This document shows, piece after piece, positions 50,520-60,949 of a stretch of DNA of 64,000 nt. A program made the translations under genes and the position numbers. This stretch comes from Spirochaetota bacterium (lineage in GTDB: Bacteria; Spirochaetota; JAAYUW01; JAOAHJ01). Below the pieces are notes generated by a model. The model searched no databases. It worked only from the letters and a program-made list of their open reading frames with translations, and was not told where the DNA came from. The stretch lies in contig JAOAHJ010000028.1 in assembly GCA_026415295.1 (NCBI GenBank), positions 2,964 through 66,963 of the forward strand, in the 5' to 3' direction. The stretch's first letter is position 1, and every line of letters begins with the position of its first letter.

Positions 50520-53357
50520 TTAAAAGGAGTTTTTTATATAATAAGAGGTGTAGGATTTAGTGCATTTTAAAAATTCATCATAGTAGCCTTGATAAATAAT
50601 TTCTCCTCCATTTTCCCCACCTTCAGGACCAAGATCAATAATATAATCAGCATTTTTTATAACATCTAGGTTATGCTCTATAACAACTACAGTGTTTCCC
50701 TTATCAACAAGTCTATGTAAAACTTTTATCAATTTATCAATATCTTCAAAATGAAGCCCTGTAGTCGGCTCATCTAAAAAGTAAATTGTATTACCTTTTA
50801 TAACTCTAGATAATTCTTTTGATAATTTTATTCTTTGAGCTTCTCCTCCAGAAAGAGTTGGTGCAGATTGTCCTAATTTTAAATATCCTATTCCTACATC
50901 TTGCATAATTTTAAGTTTATTTTCTATTGGTGGAATATTTTTAAAAAATTCGTAAGCTTCATCAATACTCATTTCTAGAACTTCATAAATATTTTTTCCT
51001 TTATATTTTACCTCAAGTGTTTGAGAATTATATCTTTTTCCCCCACAAACTTCACATGTTACATAAACATCTGCAAGAAATTGCATCTCAATTTTTATTT
51101 CTCCATCTCCATAACAGTTTTCACATCTACCACCTTTAACATTAAAAGAAAACCTTCCAGGCTTATAACCTCTAATTTTAGATTCAGGCAATTCTGCAAA
51201 AAGGTCCCTTATGAAATTAAATACCCCTGTATATGTTGCAGGATTTGACCGAGGTGTTCTTCCAATTGGTGTTTGATCTATATGAATAACTCTTTCTAAA
51301 TTTTCAATACCTGTAATTTTATCAAAAAATTCATTTTTATAATTTTTATTTCCATTTATAATACGGGAGATTACATCATATAATAAATCTATTACAAGAG
51401 TTGATTTACCTGATCCAGAAACTCCAGTAACACAAATAAAGGTATTAAGAGGAAACTTTACATTAATATTTTTTAAATTATTCATTCTACATCCACTTAT
51501 TTCAATATATTTCCCATTTCCTTTTCTTTTTATTGTATTAAAATAAACCTTTTTTTCATTTCTTAAATATTTAGCAGTTAAAGAATCACTTTTTAAAAAT
51601 TCTTCTTTATTTCCTTGAAATACAACATAACCTCCATTAATTCCAGCATAAGGTCCTAAATCAACAATGTAATCAGATTCTAGCATTACTTGCTTATCAT
51701 GTTCTACAACAATTAAAGTATTTCCTAAATCTTTTAGCTCCTTTAAAGTCTTAATAAGTTTTTCATTATCTCTTTGATGAAGACCAATTGTAGGTTCATC
51801 AAGTATATACATAACACCCACAAGTTGTGAACCTATTTGAGTTGCAAGAGTTATTCTCTGAGCTTCACCACCCGATAAAGTATAGGCCATTCTATCAAGA
51901 GTAATATAGTCAAGCCCAACATTTATTAAAAATTTTAACCTTGATTTAATTTCTCTTAAGATATCTTTTACTGCTGTCTCAATATTTTCAGGATAAATGA
52001 TGTTATCAACTATCTCATAAATTTTTTTGACATTATTTTTTGAAAGTTCCATTATATCGTAAAAATTATTTCCTCTATCTTTTATTTTACATGACAAAGC
52101 AAAATTATTTAATCTATTGCCATTACATACTGAACATTTTATCTCTTTCATAAAAGAATAATAGTAATCCTTTAATTCATCCGATTTTGTCTCATTAAAT
52201 CTCCTTCTTAAAATATTTATAATGCCTTCAAAGCTTTTTAAAGATTGAAGTGTATAGTTCTCACCCTCATAAGTTAAATCTATTTTCTTATCACTACCAT
52301 ATAATAGAATATTAAGTTTCTCTTTTTCTAAATCTTTTAAACTAACATCTTGAGAAATATTAAAAAAATTGAATACCTGACTAAAATATTTGCCAGTCCA
52401 GGAATCTTCATTTAACTTAAATGGCTTTATAGCCCCATCCTTAATTGATAGATTAAAATCAATTACTTTATCAAGGTCAAAGTCAAGTTTAAAACCTAAA
52501 CCATGGCATTCTGTGCAAGCCCCATTTGGTGAATTAAATGAAAAAAGAGAAGGTTTTAAATCAGGATAAGATATATCACATTCAGGACAGCTAAATTTTG
52601 TAGAATAAAACTTCTTTTCACTTTCTTTATCTATTATAACCTTTCCGGATGCAATTGATAAAGCTTGCTCAATTGATTCAAAAATTGTCTTTCTTTTTTC
52701 TTCATCAATTATAACTCTATTAACTACAATATAAATTGAGTGTTTTCTATTTTTATCAAGATTAATTTCATCTTCTAGAGTTTTTAATTCACCATCTACT
52801 ATTACTCTGTAAAATCCAAGCTTTTTAAAGTTTTCAAAAAGGTTAATAAAAGTTCCTTTTTTATTTTCTATAACTGGAGCCAAAATCTGTATTTTGGAGC
52901 CAACTTCATTCTTCATTACCGATTCAACTATCTGATCAATTGTTTGAGTTTTAATCTCTTTGCCACAATTATAACAAAAAACATGAGATATATGAGTATA
53001 TAACAATCTCAAATAATCATATATTTCAGTTATTGTCCCTACAGTAGACCGTGGATTTCTATTTAAACCTTTTTGCTCTATTGAAATAGCTGGTGATAAA
53101 CCTTCTATATAGTCAACGGCTGGTTTTTTCATTATTCCTAAAAATTGCCTTGCATAAGAAGACAAGCTTTCAACATATCTTCTTTGACCTTCAGCATATA
53201 ATGTATCAAATGCCAATGAAGATTTTCCAGAACCAGATACACCAGTAATTACAGTAAATGAATCTCTTGGAATATTTACATTAATATTTTTTAAGTTATG
53301 TTCTTTAGCACCTTTTACAATAATCCACTTTCTATTCTCAATATTATTACTACTCAT
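50520..53357 (-). CDS. uvrA: Excinuclease ABC subunit A
   Basis: Two ABC ATPase modules (GVSGSGKSSLAFDTLYAEGQRRY; GVSGSGKSTL), zinc-finger Cys clusters, 945 aa. Confidence 0.9.
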   Translation of the reverse strand: MSSNNIENRKWIIVKGAKEHNLKNINVNIPRDSFTVITGVSGSGKSSLAFDTLYAEGQRRYVESLSSYARQFLGIMKKPAVDYIEGLSPAISIEQKGLNRNPRSTVGTITEIYDYLRLLYTHISHVFCYNCGKEIKTQTIDQIVESVMKNEVGSKIQILAPVIENKKGTFINLFENFKKLGFYRVIVDGELKTLEDEINLDKNRKHSIYIVVNRVIIDEEKRKTIFESIEQALSIASGKVIIDKESEKKFYSTKFSCPECDISYPDLKPSLFSFNSPNGACTECHGLGFKLDFDLDKVIDFNLSIKDGAIKPFKLNEDSWTGKYFSQVFNFFNISQDVSLKDLEKEKLNILLYGSDKKIDLTYEGENYTLQSLKSFEGIINILRRRFNETKSDELKDYYYSFMKEIKCSVCNGNRLNNFALSCKIKDRGNNFYDIMELSKNNVKKIYEIVDNIIYPENIETAVKDILREIKSRLKFLINVGLDYITLDRMAYTLSGGEAQRITLATQIGSQLVGVMYILDEPTIGLHQRDNEKLIKTLKELKDLGNTLIVVEHDKQVMLESDYIVDLGPYAGINGGYVVFQGNKEEFLKSDSLTAKYLRNEKKVYFNTIKRKGNGKYIEISGCRMNNLKNINVKFPLNTFICVTGVSGSGKSTLVIDLLYDVISRIINGNKNYKNEFFDKITGIENLERVIHIDQTPIGRTPRSNPATYTGVFNFIRDLFAELPESKIRGYKPGRFSFNVKGGRCENCYGDGEIKIEMQFLADVYVTCEVCGGKRYNSQTLEVKYKGKNIYEVLEMSIDEAYEFFKNIPPIENKLKIMQDVGIGYLKLGQSAPTLSGGEAQRIKLSKELSRVIKGNTIYFLDEPTTGLHFEDIDKLIKVLHRLVDKGNTVVVIEHNLDVIKNADYIIDLGPEGGENGGEIIYQGYYDEFLKCTKSYTSYYIKNSF

Positions 53358-53491
53358 AAACTTTTTTAATTATAAATTGAAATTATAATATATTTTCTTT
53401 TATTGTTTTTTTATTATTTTATATTTTATAAAAAAATTATTAGAAATTTTAAATTTTTTATTTTTTTATATAATTAAAAAATTAAAAAATA

Positions 53492-54346
53492 TTACATATT
53501 ATTTTTTAAAAAATAATTTACAAATTTTAAGGTATTTATTTTCCTGCCTTCAATTATATTATATATATATCTTAAATAAAACATTATTGTTTTTTTAAGC
53601 TCTTCTTCATTAAAAGTTGGAAGTGAATATTTAAGCAAATCTATTGTTTGCTTATTTTTTTCATGAGTATTTTCTAACAATATAAAAAAATTTTTTTTAT
53701 TATCTTTTTTTAAAAAAAAGCTATATAAATTATCTATGTAATTTAAAATTTTTATTGGAATAAAATATGAATAAACAGTCCTATGCTCTTTACACCTAAC
53801 AAAATAGTTTTTAATATCAAAATATAAACCATCATATAAATTTTTTCTGCAAAAACTACAATTATATTCAAAATTTAAAAAACCTTCTATTATTAAAAAA
53901 ACTGTTAAAATATAAAAAATATTATTTAGAAAATTCCTATTGTTTTCGAAGTTTAACTCTTCAAGCAAATAAAGGTAATAATATAAAAAATCATAAATTT
54001 TGAATTCTACTAATATCCCCTTTTCTAAAACAAATTTTCGAAATAATTCAAAAAAAAGATGAACAACTAAAACTTTTTTTAGTTCTAAGCTTATACTTTT
54101 AAATTCTTCAATCTTTTCTAAATAAATTATCCTATAAGATTTTTTATAACTTTTTATAACATAATTAATAATACAAATTTTATCAATACTATTAATATAT
54201 TTCCTATCTACAAAAAAAGATTCAAAAGAAGAATTTTCGTTCAATACATGAATAAGTTTTCTATCAATATCAAAATTATTTGTATATAATAGTATTCCTC
54301 TGGTAAAAGAATAGTTCACACTAACCTTCTCTATTATTATCTTCAA
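53492..54346 (-). CDS. recO: RecO-like DNA repair protein (tentative)
   Basis: Position downstream of the ybeY/corC cluster (as era-recO in Firmicutes), central Cys/His pair CSFC...CKEH reminiscent of the RecO zinc site; sequence otherwise divergent. Confidence 0.35.
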   Translation of the reverse strand: MKIIIEKVSVNYSFTRGILLYTNNFDIDRKLIHVLNENSSFESFFVDRKYINSIDKICIINYVIKSYKKSYRIIYLEKIEEFKSISLELKKVLVVHLFFELFRKFVLEKGILVEFKIYDFLYYYLYLLEELNFENNRNFLNNIFYILTVFLIIEGFLNFEYNCSFCRKNLYDGLYFDIKNYFVRCKEHRTVYSYFIPIKILNYIDNLYSFFLKKDNKKNFFILLENTHEKNKQTIDLLKYSLPTFNEEELKKTIMFYLRYIYNIIEGRKINTLKFVNYFLKNNM

Positions 54347-55163
54347 GTATTGAAATTATTATTGACTCTATCTTATATGATCTCATCTTTTCAACTTTAA
54401 TTTTTAAATTTTTATAAGTAATCTCCTCTCCTTGTATAGGGATTCTACCAATAGTTTCCATAATAAAACCACCAATTGAATCAGAAAGATCTTCTGGAAG
54501 ATTTATATTTAAAATCTCATTTAAATCATATATTGAAGCCTTTGCTGAAACTCTATAAGTTTTATCATCAATTTTTAAGATAGCATCTTTTTCATTATCA
54601 TACTCATCTCTTATTTCACCTACTATTTCTTCTAAAATATCTTCCAGACAAACTATACCTGAAAAACCTCCATATTCATCTACTACTAAAGCTATATGCT
54701 TTTTTTTATCTTTAAACTCTTTTAAAAGGTCTGAAATTTTTTTTGATTCCGGAACAAATAAAGGCTCTCTTATAATATCTCTTAAATTTATATTTTTTAA
54801 ATCATGAAAAAAATATTGCAAAAGATCTTTTACATAAACAACACCAATTATATTGTCTATATTTCCATCATATACAGGAATTCTTGAATGTCCACATTGT
54901 ACAACCAACTCTATAAAATCTTTTATTGGATCATTAATATCAAAAGTAATAACATCTATTCTTGGTTTCATTATCTCATGAACAGAAGTTTCATATAACT
55001 CTGCTATTCCTTTGATCATCTTTATCTGATCATTTGTTAATGACTTTAAGAAATCAGGATCTAATATTTCATTTATATAATTATAATTGTTATTAGAATT
55101 AATCTGTTTTTTCCTATGAAATATTTTATCAAAAAAGTTATACTTACTCATAATTTTCCCCAA
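54321..55163 (-). CDS. corC: CBS-pair plus CorC_HlyC domain protein (Mg/Co efflux-associated, YbeX/CorC family)
   Basis: Tandem CBS motifs and C-terminal transporter-associated domain; 280 aa. Confidence 0.7.
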   Translation of the reverse strand: MGKIMSKYNFFDKIFHRKKQINSNNNYNYINEILDPDFLKSLTNDQIKMIKGIAELYETSVHEIMKPRIDVITFDINDPIKDFIELVVQCGHSRIPVYDGNIDNIIGVVYVKDLLQYFFHDLKNINLRDIIREPLFVPESKKISDLLKEFKDKKKHIALVVDEYGGFSGIVCLEDILEEIVGEIRDEYDNEKDAILKIDDKTYRVSAKASIYDLNEILNINLPEDLSDSIGGFIMETIGRIPIQGEEITYKNLKIKVEKMRSYKIESIIISILEDNNREG

Positions 55164-55275
55164 TTTTACTTTAAATATATTAACTTTTTTGCTATTTATT
55201 AATATTTTAAATCTAATATTTTTATTATCAATATTTTAAGACTTTTGTATTATTCCTTTTTCTATATTTTTTTTC

Positions 55276-55809
55276 TTATTCATTAATCAATGAAAATATT
55301 ATACTTTCAGTTTTTGCTTCAATTATTTTATACTGATCTTCTGTTTCATGTTCAAACCCCAATAAATGCAGATATGAATGTACAAGCATATATAAAAACA
55401 AGTAATCCTTATCATCATTTTCCATAATAGCTTTATTTAATAAAATCTCTGGACATAATAAAATGTCCCCAATATATTTATACTCTTTATTTTTATATTT
55501 AATCTTATTAAAAGATAATGATTTAATTTTATCAGAGGATAGCGGAAAAGATAAAACATCAGTTTCCTTATCAAGACCTCTGAAATTTTTATTATAATTT
55601 TTTATTGTATCCTTTGTACAAACAAAAAGATAAAATATTTTTTTTTCAAAATTAAATAAACTCTCAACAAATTTATTAATTTTAAAAAAATTAAAATTTT
55701 TTACTAAATAGTTATAAATATATTCATTTTCAAAAATAATAAATTTATTAGGTAATATAATATTTTTACTCTTTCTTGATATTCTATCTTCTTTTGGCAT
55801 ATTTTTCAC
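55276..55809 (-). CDS. ybeY: Endoribonuclease YbeY (rRNA maturation factor)
   Basis: TDVLSFP and HSYLHLLGFEH (HxxxHxxGxxH) zinc motif. Confidence 0.8.
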   Translation of the reverse strand: MKNMPKEDRISRKSKNIILPNKFIIFENEYIYNYLVKNFNFFKINKFVESLFNFEKKIFYLFVCTKDTIKNYNKNFRGLDKETDVLSFPLSSDKIKSLSFNKIKYKNKEYKYIGDILLCPEILLNKAIMENDDKDYLFLYMLVHSYLHLLGFEHETEDQYKIIEAKTESIIFSLINE

Positions 55810-58015
55810 TTTTTATCTTTTTCTCAAGAATTCTAACATTTTCAGAATCAGGATAGTCAATTCTTTTATGGAACATTGCAAGAATATTTTCTATAAGACT
55901 TTTTTCTATCAAATTCAAATCATGAAGTGTAATCGGTGACTCACTTAACTGACCACTTAGAAATCTATCATTAACTATCTCTTTTACCATTTTTTCAACA
56001 GAATTATATGTAACATTTGTTAAGGTTCTAGTTGCAGCTTCTACAGAATCTGCCAACATTACTATTACACTCTCTTTTGATGTTGGCTTTGGATAATCAT
56101 AACAGAAATCTTCTTTCTTTAATTCTTTATTTTTTTGTAGTTCTAAATTATAAAAATAAACCATTAATGTTTTTCCATGATGTTCTTCAATTATGCTTAT
56201 TATTTCATCAGGCAATTTTAACCTTTTTGCTTCCTCTATACCATATTTTACATGATTTTTAATTATTGTTAAAGCCATAGAAGTATTTAATGGATTTGAA
56301 AGCTTATCTTGCATATCATAGATTGTATTTTGGTTTTCTATAAAATATTTAGAATATTTAATTTTACCAATATCATGATATAATCCTCCAACTTTTGCTA
56401 TATAAGGATTTGCTCCACATGCAATTGCTGCGTTTTGAGCTAAATTTGCAACAATTATAGAATGATGATAAGTTCCTGGGGCTTTAACCAATAGCTCATT
56501 AAAAATCTTATGATTTAAATCCGATAATTCTATTAATTTATAAGGAGTTGCATAATTAAATAAAAATTCAATTAAAGGCATTAAACCTAAAAAGAAAATC
56601 CCACTTAAAGAAGAATTAATAAAAGAAAATAAAATAAGATTTTTAATATTAAAATTATTGCTTCTATTTAAAAAATTGAGAAATAGGCCAAAAATAGTTG
56701 AAAATATTAAAGTATATAAGCTTCTATAAAAAATAGCCTGTTTAACTTTTAAATTATCTTGTTTAAAAATAACAAATATTGAATTTAAAAGAATAGAAAA
56801 AATAAAACCTGTAAATTCAAAATCACTAACTAAAAAATATATTAAAGAAAATGATAAATTCAAAGTAATTGCTATTTTAACTGGAAAAATAAAAACAAAA
56901 AGAGAATTTATTAAAGCAAAAGGAAAAAGCAAATATTTTTCTATATTTAGACTATATGAAATATATTTTGAAAATAAAATAAAAATAAATAAAAGAGAAT
57001 AAATAAAAAAAATAAAAAGAATATTTTTTCTTTTTTTAAAAAATTTATGACTTACCTCATTTATTAGAAAATAAGAAATAAAAATAAAAATAAAATAACA
57101 AAGTGATAAAAATAAAATATAAGTAATATCTATTTTTTCATGGAATTGATAATAAATTTTTAGCATTTCTAAATCAGAAAGAGTTATTTCTTCTCCTTTT
57201 CTTAAGATAACCTTGCCTTTTTTCATAGTTACATATACTGGAGAAAAATTTTTTTTAAAGTTTTCTACATCTTTATAGTATTGAGTTGCATCGAACTTAA
57301 TGTTTTCTATAAATACCTGTTTTATATCCTTTACAATTAAAGAAGCTTCTTTAAAATTAAAGTTTTGAAAATAATTTAGAAACATCTCAACTAATTTCTT
57401 TTCATGATTTTCGGAATATAATATATTTGAAATATTCTCAGTTTTAATTATTGATTGATTTTCAGTAATAATATTAATCTTCAAAAAGCCATCTTTAGAT
57501 GTTGAAAATTCAGAGAATTTTTTATTAGAAAATCCTGAAGTATAAACTTTTTCAATAAAATATTTAAATTTATTAAAATTCTCTTCTTTTTTTAATAAAA
57601 AAAGAAATTTTTTTGTTTCATTCGAAATATTAGGATTCTCTGGGAAAATTTGATATAAAGATTTTTGTTCAATCAATCTATCTCCATTTTTAGATACAAA
57701 ATTAATAATATCTACCCATTTATTAATTGTTTGATTAACATATTTTGTTTCTACAATATATGAAGGCAGTATATTATTAATGCCTTCATCGTACTTCTTA
57801 GATGTTGCTGGTTCATCTATATAGTTTATATCTTTTTTTACAATTATATCACTTTGAGCTATATCTCCGATTCTATAGTTGTATTTAAAAGAATAATCTT
57901 TAAAAGTAAAAGAGATTAAGAAAAAAAAGAATAAAATTATAGAAAGCACTAAATATAGAAAAAAACTTGTTCTTAAAAATACCTTAATTCGTTCTATTGT
58001 CTTCATAATCTTCAA
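55784..58015 (-). CDS. pgpH: 7TM-receptor with intracellular HD domain (PgpH/YqfF family)
   Basis: N-terminal extracellular region, 7 TM block, C-terminal HD hydrolase (HHSIIVANLA...GLYHDIGK). Confidence 0.75.
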   Translation of the reverse strand: MKIMKTIERIKVFLRTSFFLYLVLSIILFFFFLISFTFKDYSFKYNYRIGDIAQSDIIVKKDINYIDEPATSKKYDEGINNILPSYIVETKYVNQTINKWVDIINFVSKNGDRLIEQKSLYQIFPENPNISNETKKFLFLLKKEENFNKFKYFIEKVYTSGFSNKKFSEFSTSKDGFLKINIITENQSIIKTENISNILYSENHEKKLVEMFLNYFQNFNFKEASLIVKDIKQVFIENIKFDATQYYKDVENFKKNFSPVYVTMKKGKVILRKGEEITLSDLEMLKIYYQFHEKIDITYILFLSLCYFIFIFISYFLINEVSHKFFKKRKNILFIFFIYSLLFIFILFSKYISYSLNIEKYLLFPFALINSLFVFIFPVKIAITLNLSFSLIYFLVSDFEFTGFIFSILLNSIFVIFKQDNLKVKQAIFYRSLYTLIFSTIFGLFLNFLNRSNNFNIKNLILFSFINSSLSGIFFLGLMPLIEFLFNYATPYKLIELSDLNHKIFNELLVKAPGTYHHSIIVANLAQNAAIACGANPYIAKVGGLYHDIGKIKYSKYFIENQNTIYDMQDKLSNPLNTSMALTIIKNHVKYGIEEAKRLKLPDEIISIIEEHHGKTLMVYFYNLELQKNKELKKEDFCYDYPKPTSKESVIVMLADSVEAATRTLTNVTYNSVEKMVKEIVNDRFLSGQLSESPITLHDLNLIEKSLIENILAMFHKRIDYPDSENVRILEKKIKSEKYAKRR

Positions 58016-58949
58016 ATATTTTAATTATTTTTTTAATTAAAGGATGTCTTACTACATCTTTCTTATCAAATTTTACCAAAGCAATATCCTCTAAATTTTC
58101 AAAAAGCTTAATAACTACAGGTAATCCACTATCAGAGTAACGAGGTAAATCAATTTGGGTAATATCACCAGTTAAAATAACTTTAGAATTAAATCCAAAT
58201 CTTGTTAAAAACATTTTTAATTGTGAAAAAGTAGCATTTTGAGCCTCATCAAGAATTATAATTGAATTATTTAATGTTCTTCCTCTCATATAAGCTAATG
58301 GAATAATTTCAACCTTCTCATTATTTTTTAAATATTCGAATGTTTTAAAGCCTACAATATCATAAATAGCATCATACAATGGTTTAAGATAAGGATTTAT
58401 TTTTTGTAAAAAATCCCCTGGTAAAAAACCTAGTTTTTCACCAGCCTCAACAACCGGTCTTGTTAATATAATTTTATTAAATTTATTAGAAAGCAATTCT
58501 GATAATGCATAACCAACAGCAATATAAGTTTTACCAGTTCCTGCAGGTCCATAAGAAATAATTATCGTTTTTTTCTTTAATTCCTCAAAATATTTTATTT
58601 GATTCTCAGTTTTAGGTTCAACCATCTTACCAATTTTTTCAATTAAAAGGGTATTTTGAATTTTATCTGATGGATCAATTAGAATATCTTCTTTCGCTTG
58701 ATGAATAATAAGATCTATATCATTCAATGAAACCAATTTTTTTTTCTGAGCAAAATCCACTAAATGTTGTAAAACTTTTTTAGCTTGTATTATATTTGTA
58801 TCTTCACCTTCTATATAAATAACACCGTCACTATAAGATATTGAAACTGAAAATTCTTTTTCTAATTTCCTTATATTTGAATCATGAATACCTAGCACAA
58901 AAAGTATATACTCAGGATCAACAAATATAGTTTCTTCCGAATATCCCAA
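57984..58949 (-). CDS. phoH: PhoH-like ATPase
   Basis: Walker A GPAGTGKTYIAV, Walker B ILDEAQN, 321 aa. Confidence 0.8.
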   Translation of the reverse strand: MGYSEETIFVDPEYILFVLGIHDSNIRKLEKEFSVSISYSDGVIYIEGEDTNIIQAKKVLQHLVDFAQKKKLVSLNDIDLIIHQAKEDILIDPSDKIQNTLLIEKIGKMVEPKTENQIKYFEELKKKTIIISYGPAGTGKTYIAVGYALSELLSNKFNKIILTRPVVEAGEKLGFLPGDFLQKINPYLKPLYDAIYDIVGFKTFEYLKNNEKVEIIPLAYMRGRTLNNSIIILDEAQNATFSQLKMFLTRFGFNSKVILTGDITQIDLPRYSDSGLPVVIKLFENLEDIALVKFDKKDVVRHPLIKKIIKIFEDYEDNRTN

Positions 58950-59107
58950 ATCAGAAAACCTCTGTAAATAAAAAATTATTTTTAAAAATTTAAACTTTAA
59001 TAATTAATTGTCAAGTTAATACAATAATAGAATAAAAAACTTATTTTAAAAAAAATTATCTTTTATAAATTTGACTTTAAAAAATATTATTTTAATTTTT
59101 CTAAAGT

Positions 59108-60391
59108 ATGAACTTTAATGATTATTTTAATTTTGATGAATCTGTTAATTTTGATTATAACTCATTCTTTGAAAAAATAAATAGTATTAAATCTGAACAT
59201 ATCTTTACCGTTAATGAGATTACATCTATTATTCAAAATATTATTGAAAATTATACTTTTTCTAATATTTTGGTTTCTGGAGAAATATCAAATATTTCTA
59301 AATCATCTTCAGGACATATCTATTTTTCGCTTAAAGATGAATCTAAATCTTTATTAAGATGCGTACTTTTTAGACATCATCTAATTAATATCAACTTTAA
59401 TTTCAAAGATGGTGATAAAGTTATATGCAAAGGTGATATCTCAGTATATAAACCTAATTCAGAATTCAATTTAAAAGTTAAAAACATTAGAAAAGAAGGA
59501 ATTGGAGAACTTTTTCAAAAATTTGAAGAATTAAAAGAAAAATTAAAAGCAAAAGGACTTTTTGACCAGGCAAATAAAAAACAAATTCCACTTTATCCTT
59601 TTAACATTGGAATAATTACTGCAGAAACAGGAGCAGTTGTAAATGATATTGTAAAAACTTTGAAAAGGCGAGCCCCATTTATCAATATTTATATTTTTCC
59701 ATGTCTTGTACAAGGAGAGGAAGCATCAAAATCAATTATTAATGCAATAAGAAATGCAAACACTTTTTCAGATAAAATTCAAAATCTGGACTTAATAATT
59801 ATCGCAAGAGGTGGTGGCTCAATTGAAGATTTATGGTGCTTTAACGAAGAACCAGTAGCATATGAAATATTTAATTCAAAAATTCCTACAATCTCTGCTA
59901 TAGGACATGAAACTGATTTTACTATATCTGATTTTGTAGCAGATTTGAGAGCTTCAACTCCAACTGCAGCTGCAGAAATTATCTCAAATAACTTCATTAC
60001 AATCAAAGAATTTCTATCTGAAAGTCATTATACTTTAATTAAAGAATTAATAAAACTTATAAATTTAAAAAAATCTAAAATTGATCCAAATAAAAATATA
60101 TTATTGTTATCAAACTATTTATCAAAAAAAATTGATAAATTTAGTTATGATCTACTTTTTTTTGAAAATAAAATAATAAATTTATTTAATCAAAAACTTA
60201 TAAATTACAAAAAAAAGGTTGAATATAATCAATCTATTCTTGAAGCTTTATCTCCTGAAAATATTTTAAAAAGAGGTTTTGTTATAATAAAAAAAGATAA
60301 TAAAATAATAACATCTTCTAAAGAACTTTTAAGTAGAGATAAAATTTTAATAAATTTTTATGATGGGAAAAAAGAAGCAACTATCAATTAA
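59108..60391 (+). CDS. xseA: Exodeoxyribonuclease VII large subunit
   Basis: N-terminal OB fold, central catalytic region (GIITAETGAV...ARGGGSIEDLW), 427 aa; followed by xseB. Confidence 0.8.
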   Translation: MNFNDYFNFDESVNFDYNSFFEKINSIKSEHIFTVNEITSIIQNIIENYTFSNILVSGEISNISKSSSGHIYFSLKDESKSLLRCVLFRHHLININFNFKDGDKVICKGDISVYKPNSEFNLKVKNIRKEGIGELFQKFEELKEKLKAKGLFDQANKKQIPLYPFNIGIITAETGAVVNDIVKTLKRRAPFINIYIFPCLVQGEEASKSIINAIRNANTFSDKIQNLDLIIIARGGGSIEDLWCFNEEPVAYEIFNSKIPTISAIGHETDFTISDFVADLRASTPTAAAEIISNNFITIKEFLSESHYTLIKELIKLINLKKSKIDPNKNILLLSNYLSKKIDKFSYDLLFFENKIINLFNQKLINYKKKVEYNQSILEALSPENILKRGFVIIKKDNKIITSSKELLSRDKILINFYDGKKEATIN

Positions 60392-60525
60392 AATAAAAAT
60401 AAATTTTTATTTAATTTGCTAACAGGAATAATTTTTAATTAAATTATCATTAAAATATTATTATTTTTAATTGCTTTAAAATTAAAATTATTAAAAAAAA
60501 ATAATATCAAATAACAGAGGTATAA

Positions 60526-60918
60526 ATGAAAAATTTTGAAAAAAAACTTGAAGAACTTGAAACAATTATAAAAAAATTAGAAGATGAAAAAACACCACTT
60601 GAAGAATCCTTAAATCTTTACATAAAAGGAGTAACAATAATAAAAGAATTAAACACTATCTTAAATAATATAGAAGGAAAAGTAGAAATTATTAGACGTA
60701 AAATGGAATCAGATAATTTTTATATGGAAGACATCACAGAGATTTTCAAAAAAGAAGAATCCAATTTAAAAAGTTCAACAATTAAAACATTAAACAAGAA
60801 TCAGAGTGAAAAAAACAAGATAGATTTAGATTTAAAAAATGTTGATGAAAATTATAAAACATCAAAAAAAGAAGATATTCAAGAAGATATAGATGATTTA
60901 AAAAAAGATCTATTCTAA
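60526..60918 (+). CDS. xseB: Exodeoxyribonuclease VII small subunit with long K/E/D-rich C-terminal tail
   Basis: LEELETIIKKLEDEKTPLEESLNLYIKG matches the XseB helical hairpin; ~60-aa low-complexity extension. Confidence 0.7.
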   Translation: MKNFEKKLEELETIIKKLEDEKTPLEESLNLYIKGVTIIKELNTILNNIEGKVEIIRRKMESDNFYMEDITEIFKKEESNLKSSTIKTLNKNQSEKNKIDLDLKNVDENYKTSKKEDIQEDIDDLKKDLF

Positions 60919-60949
60919 AATAATATATCTATCCTAATAAAAATTATAT

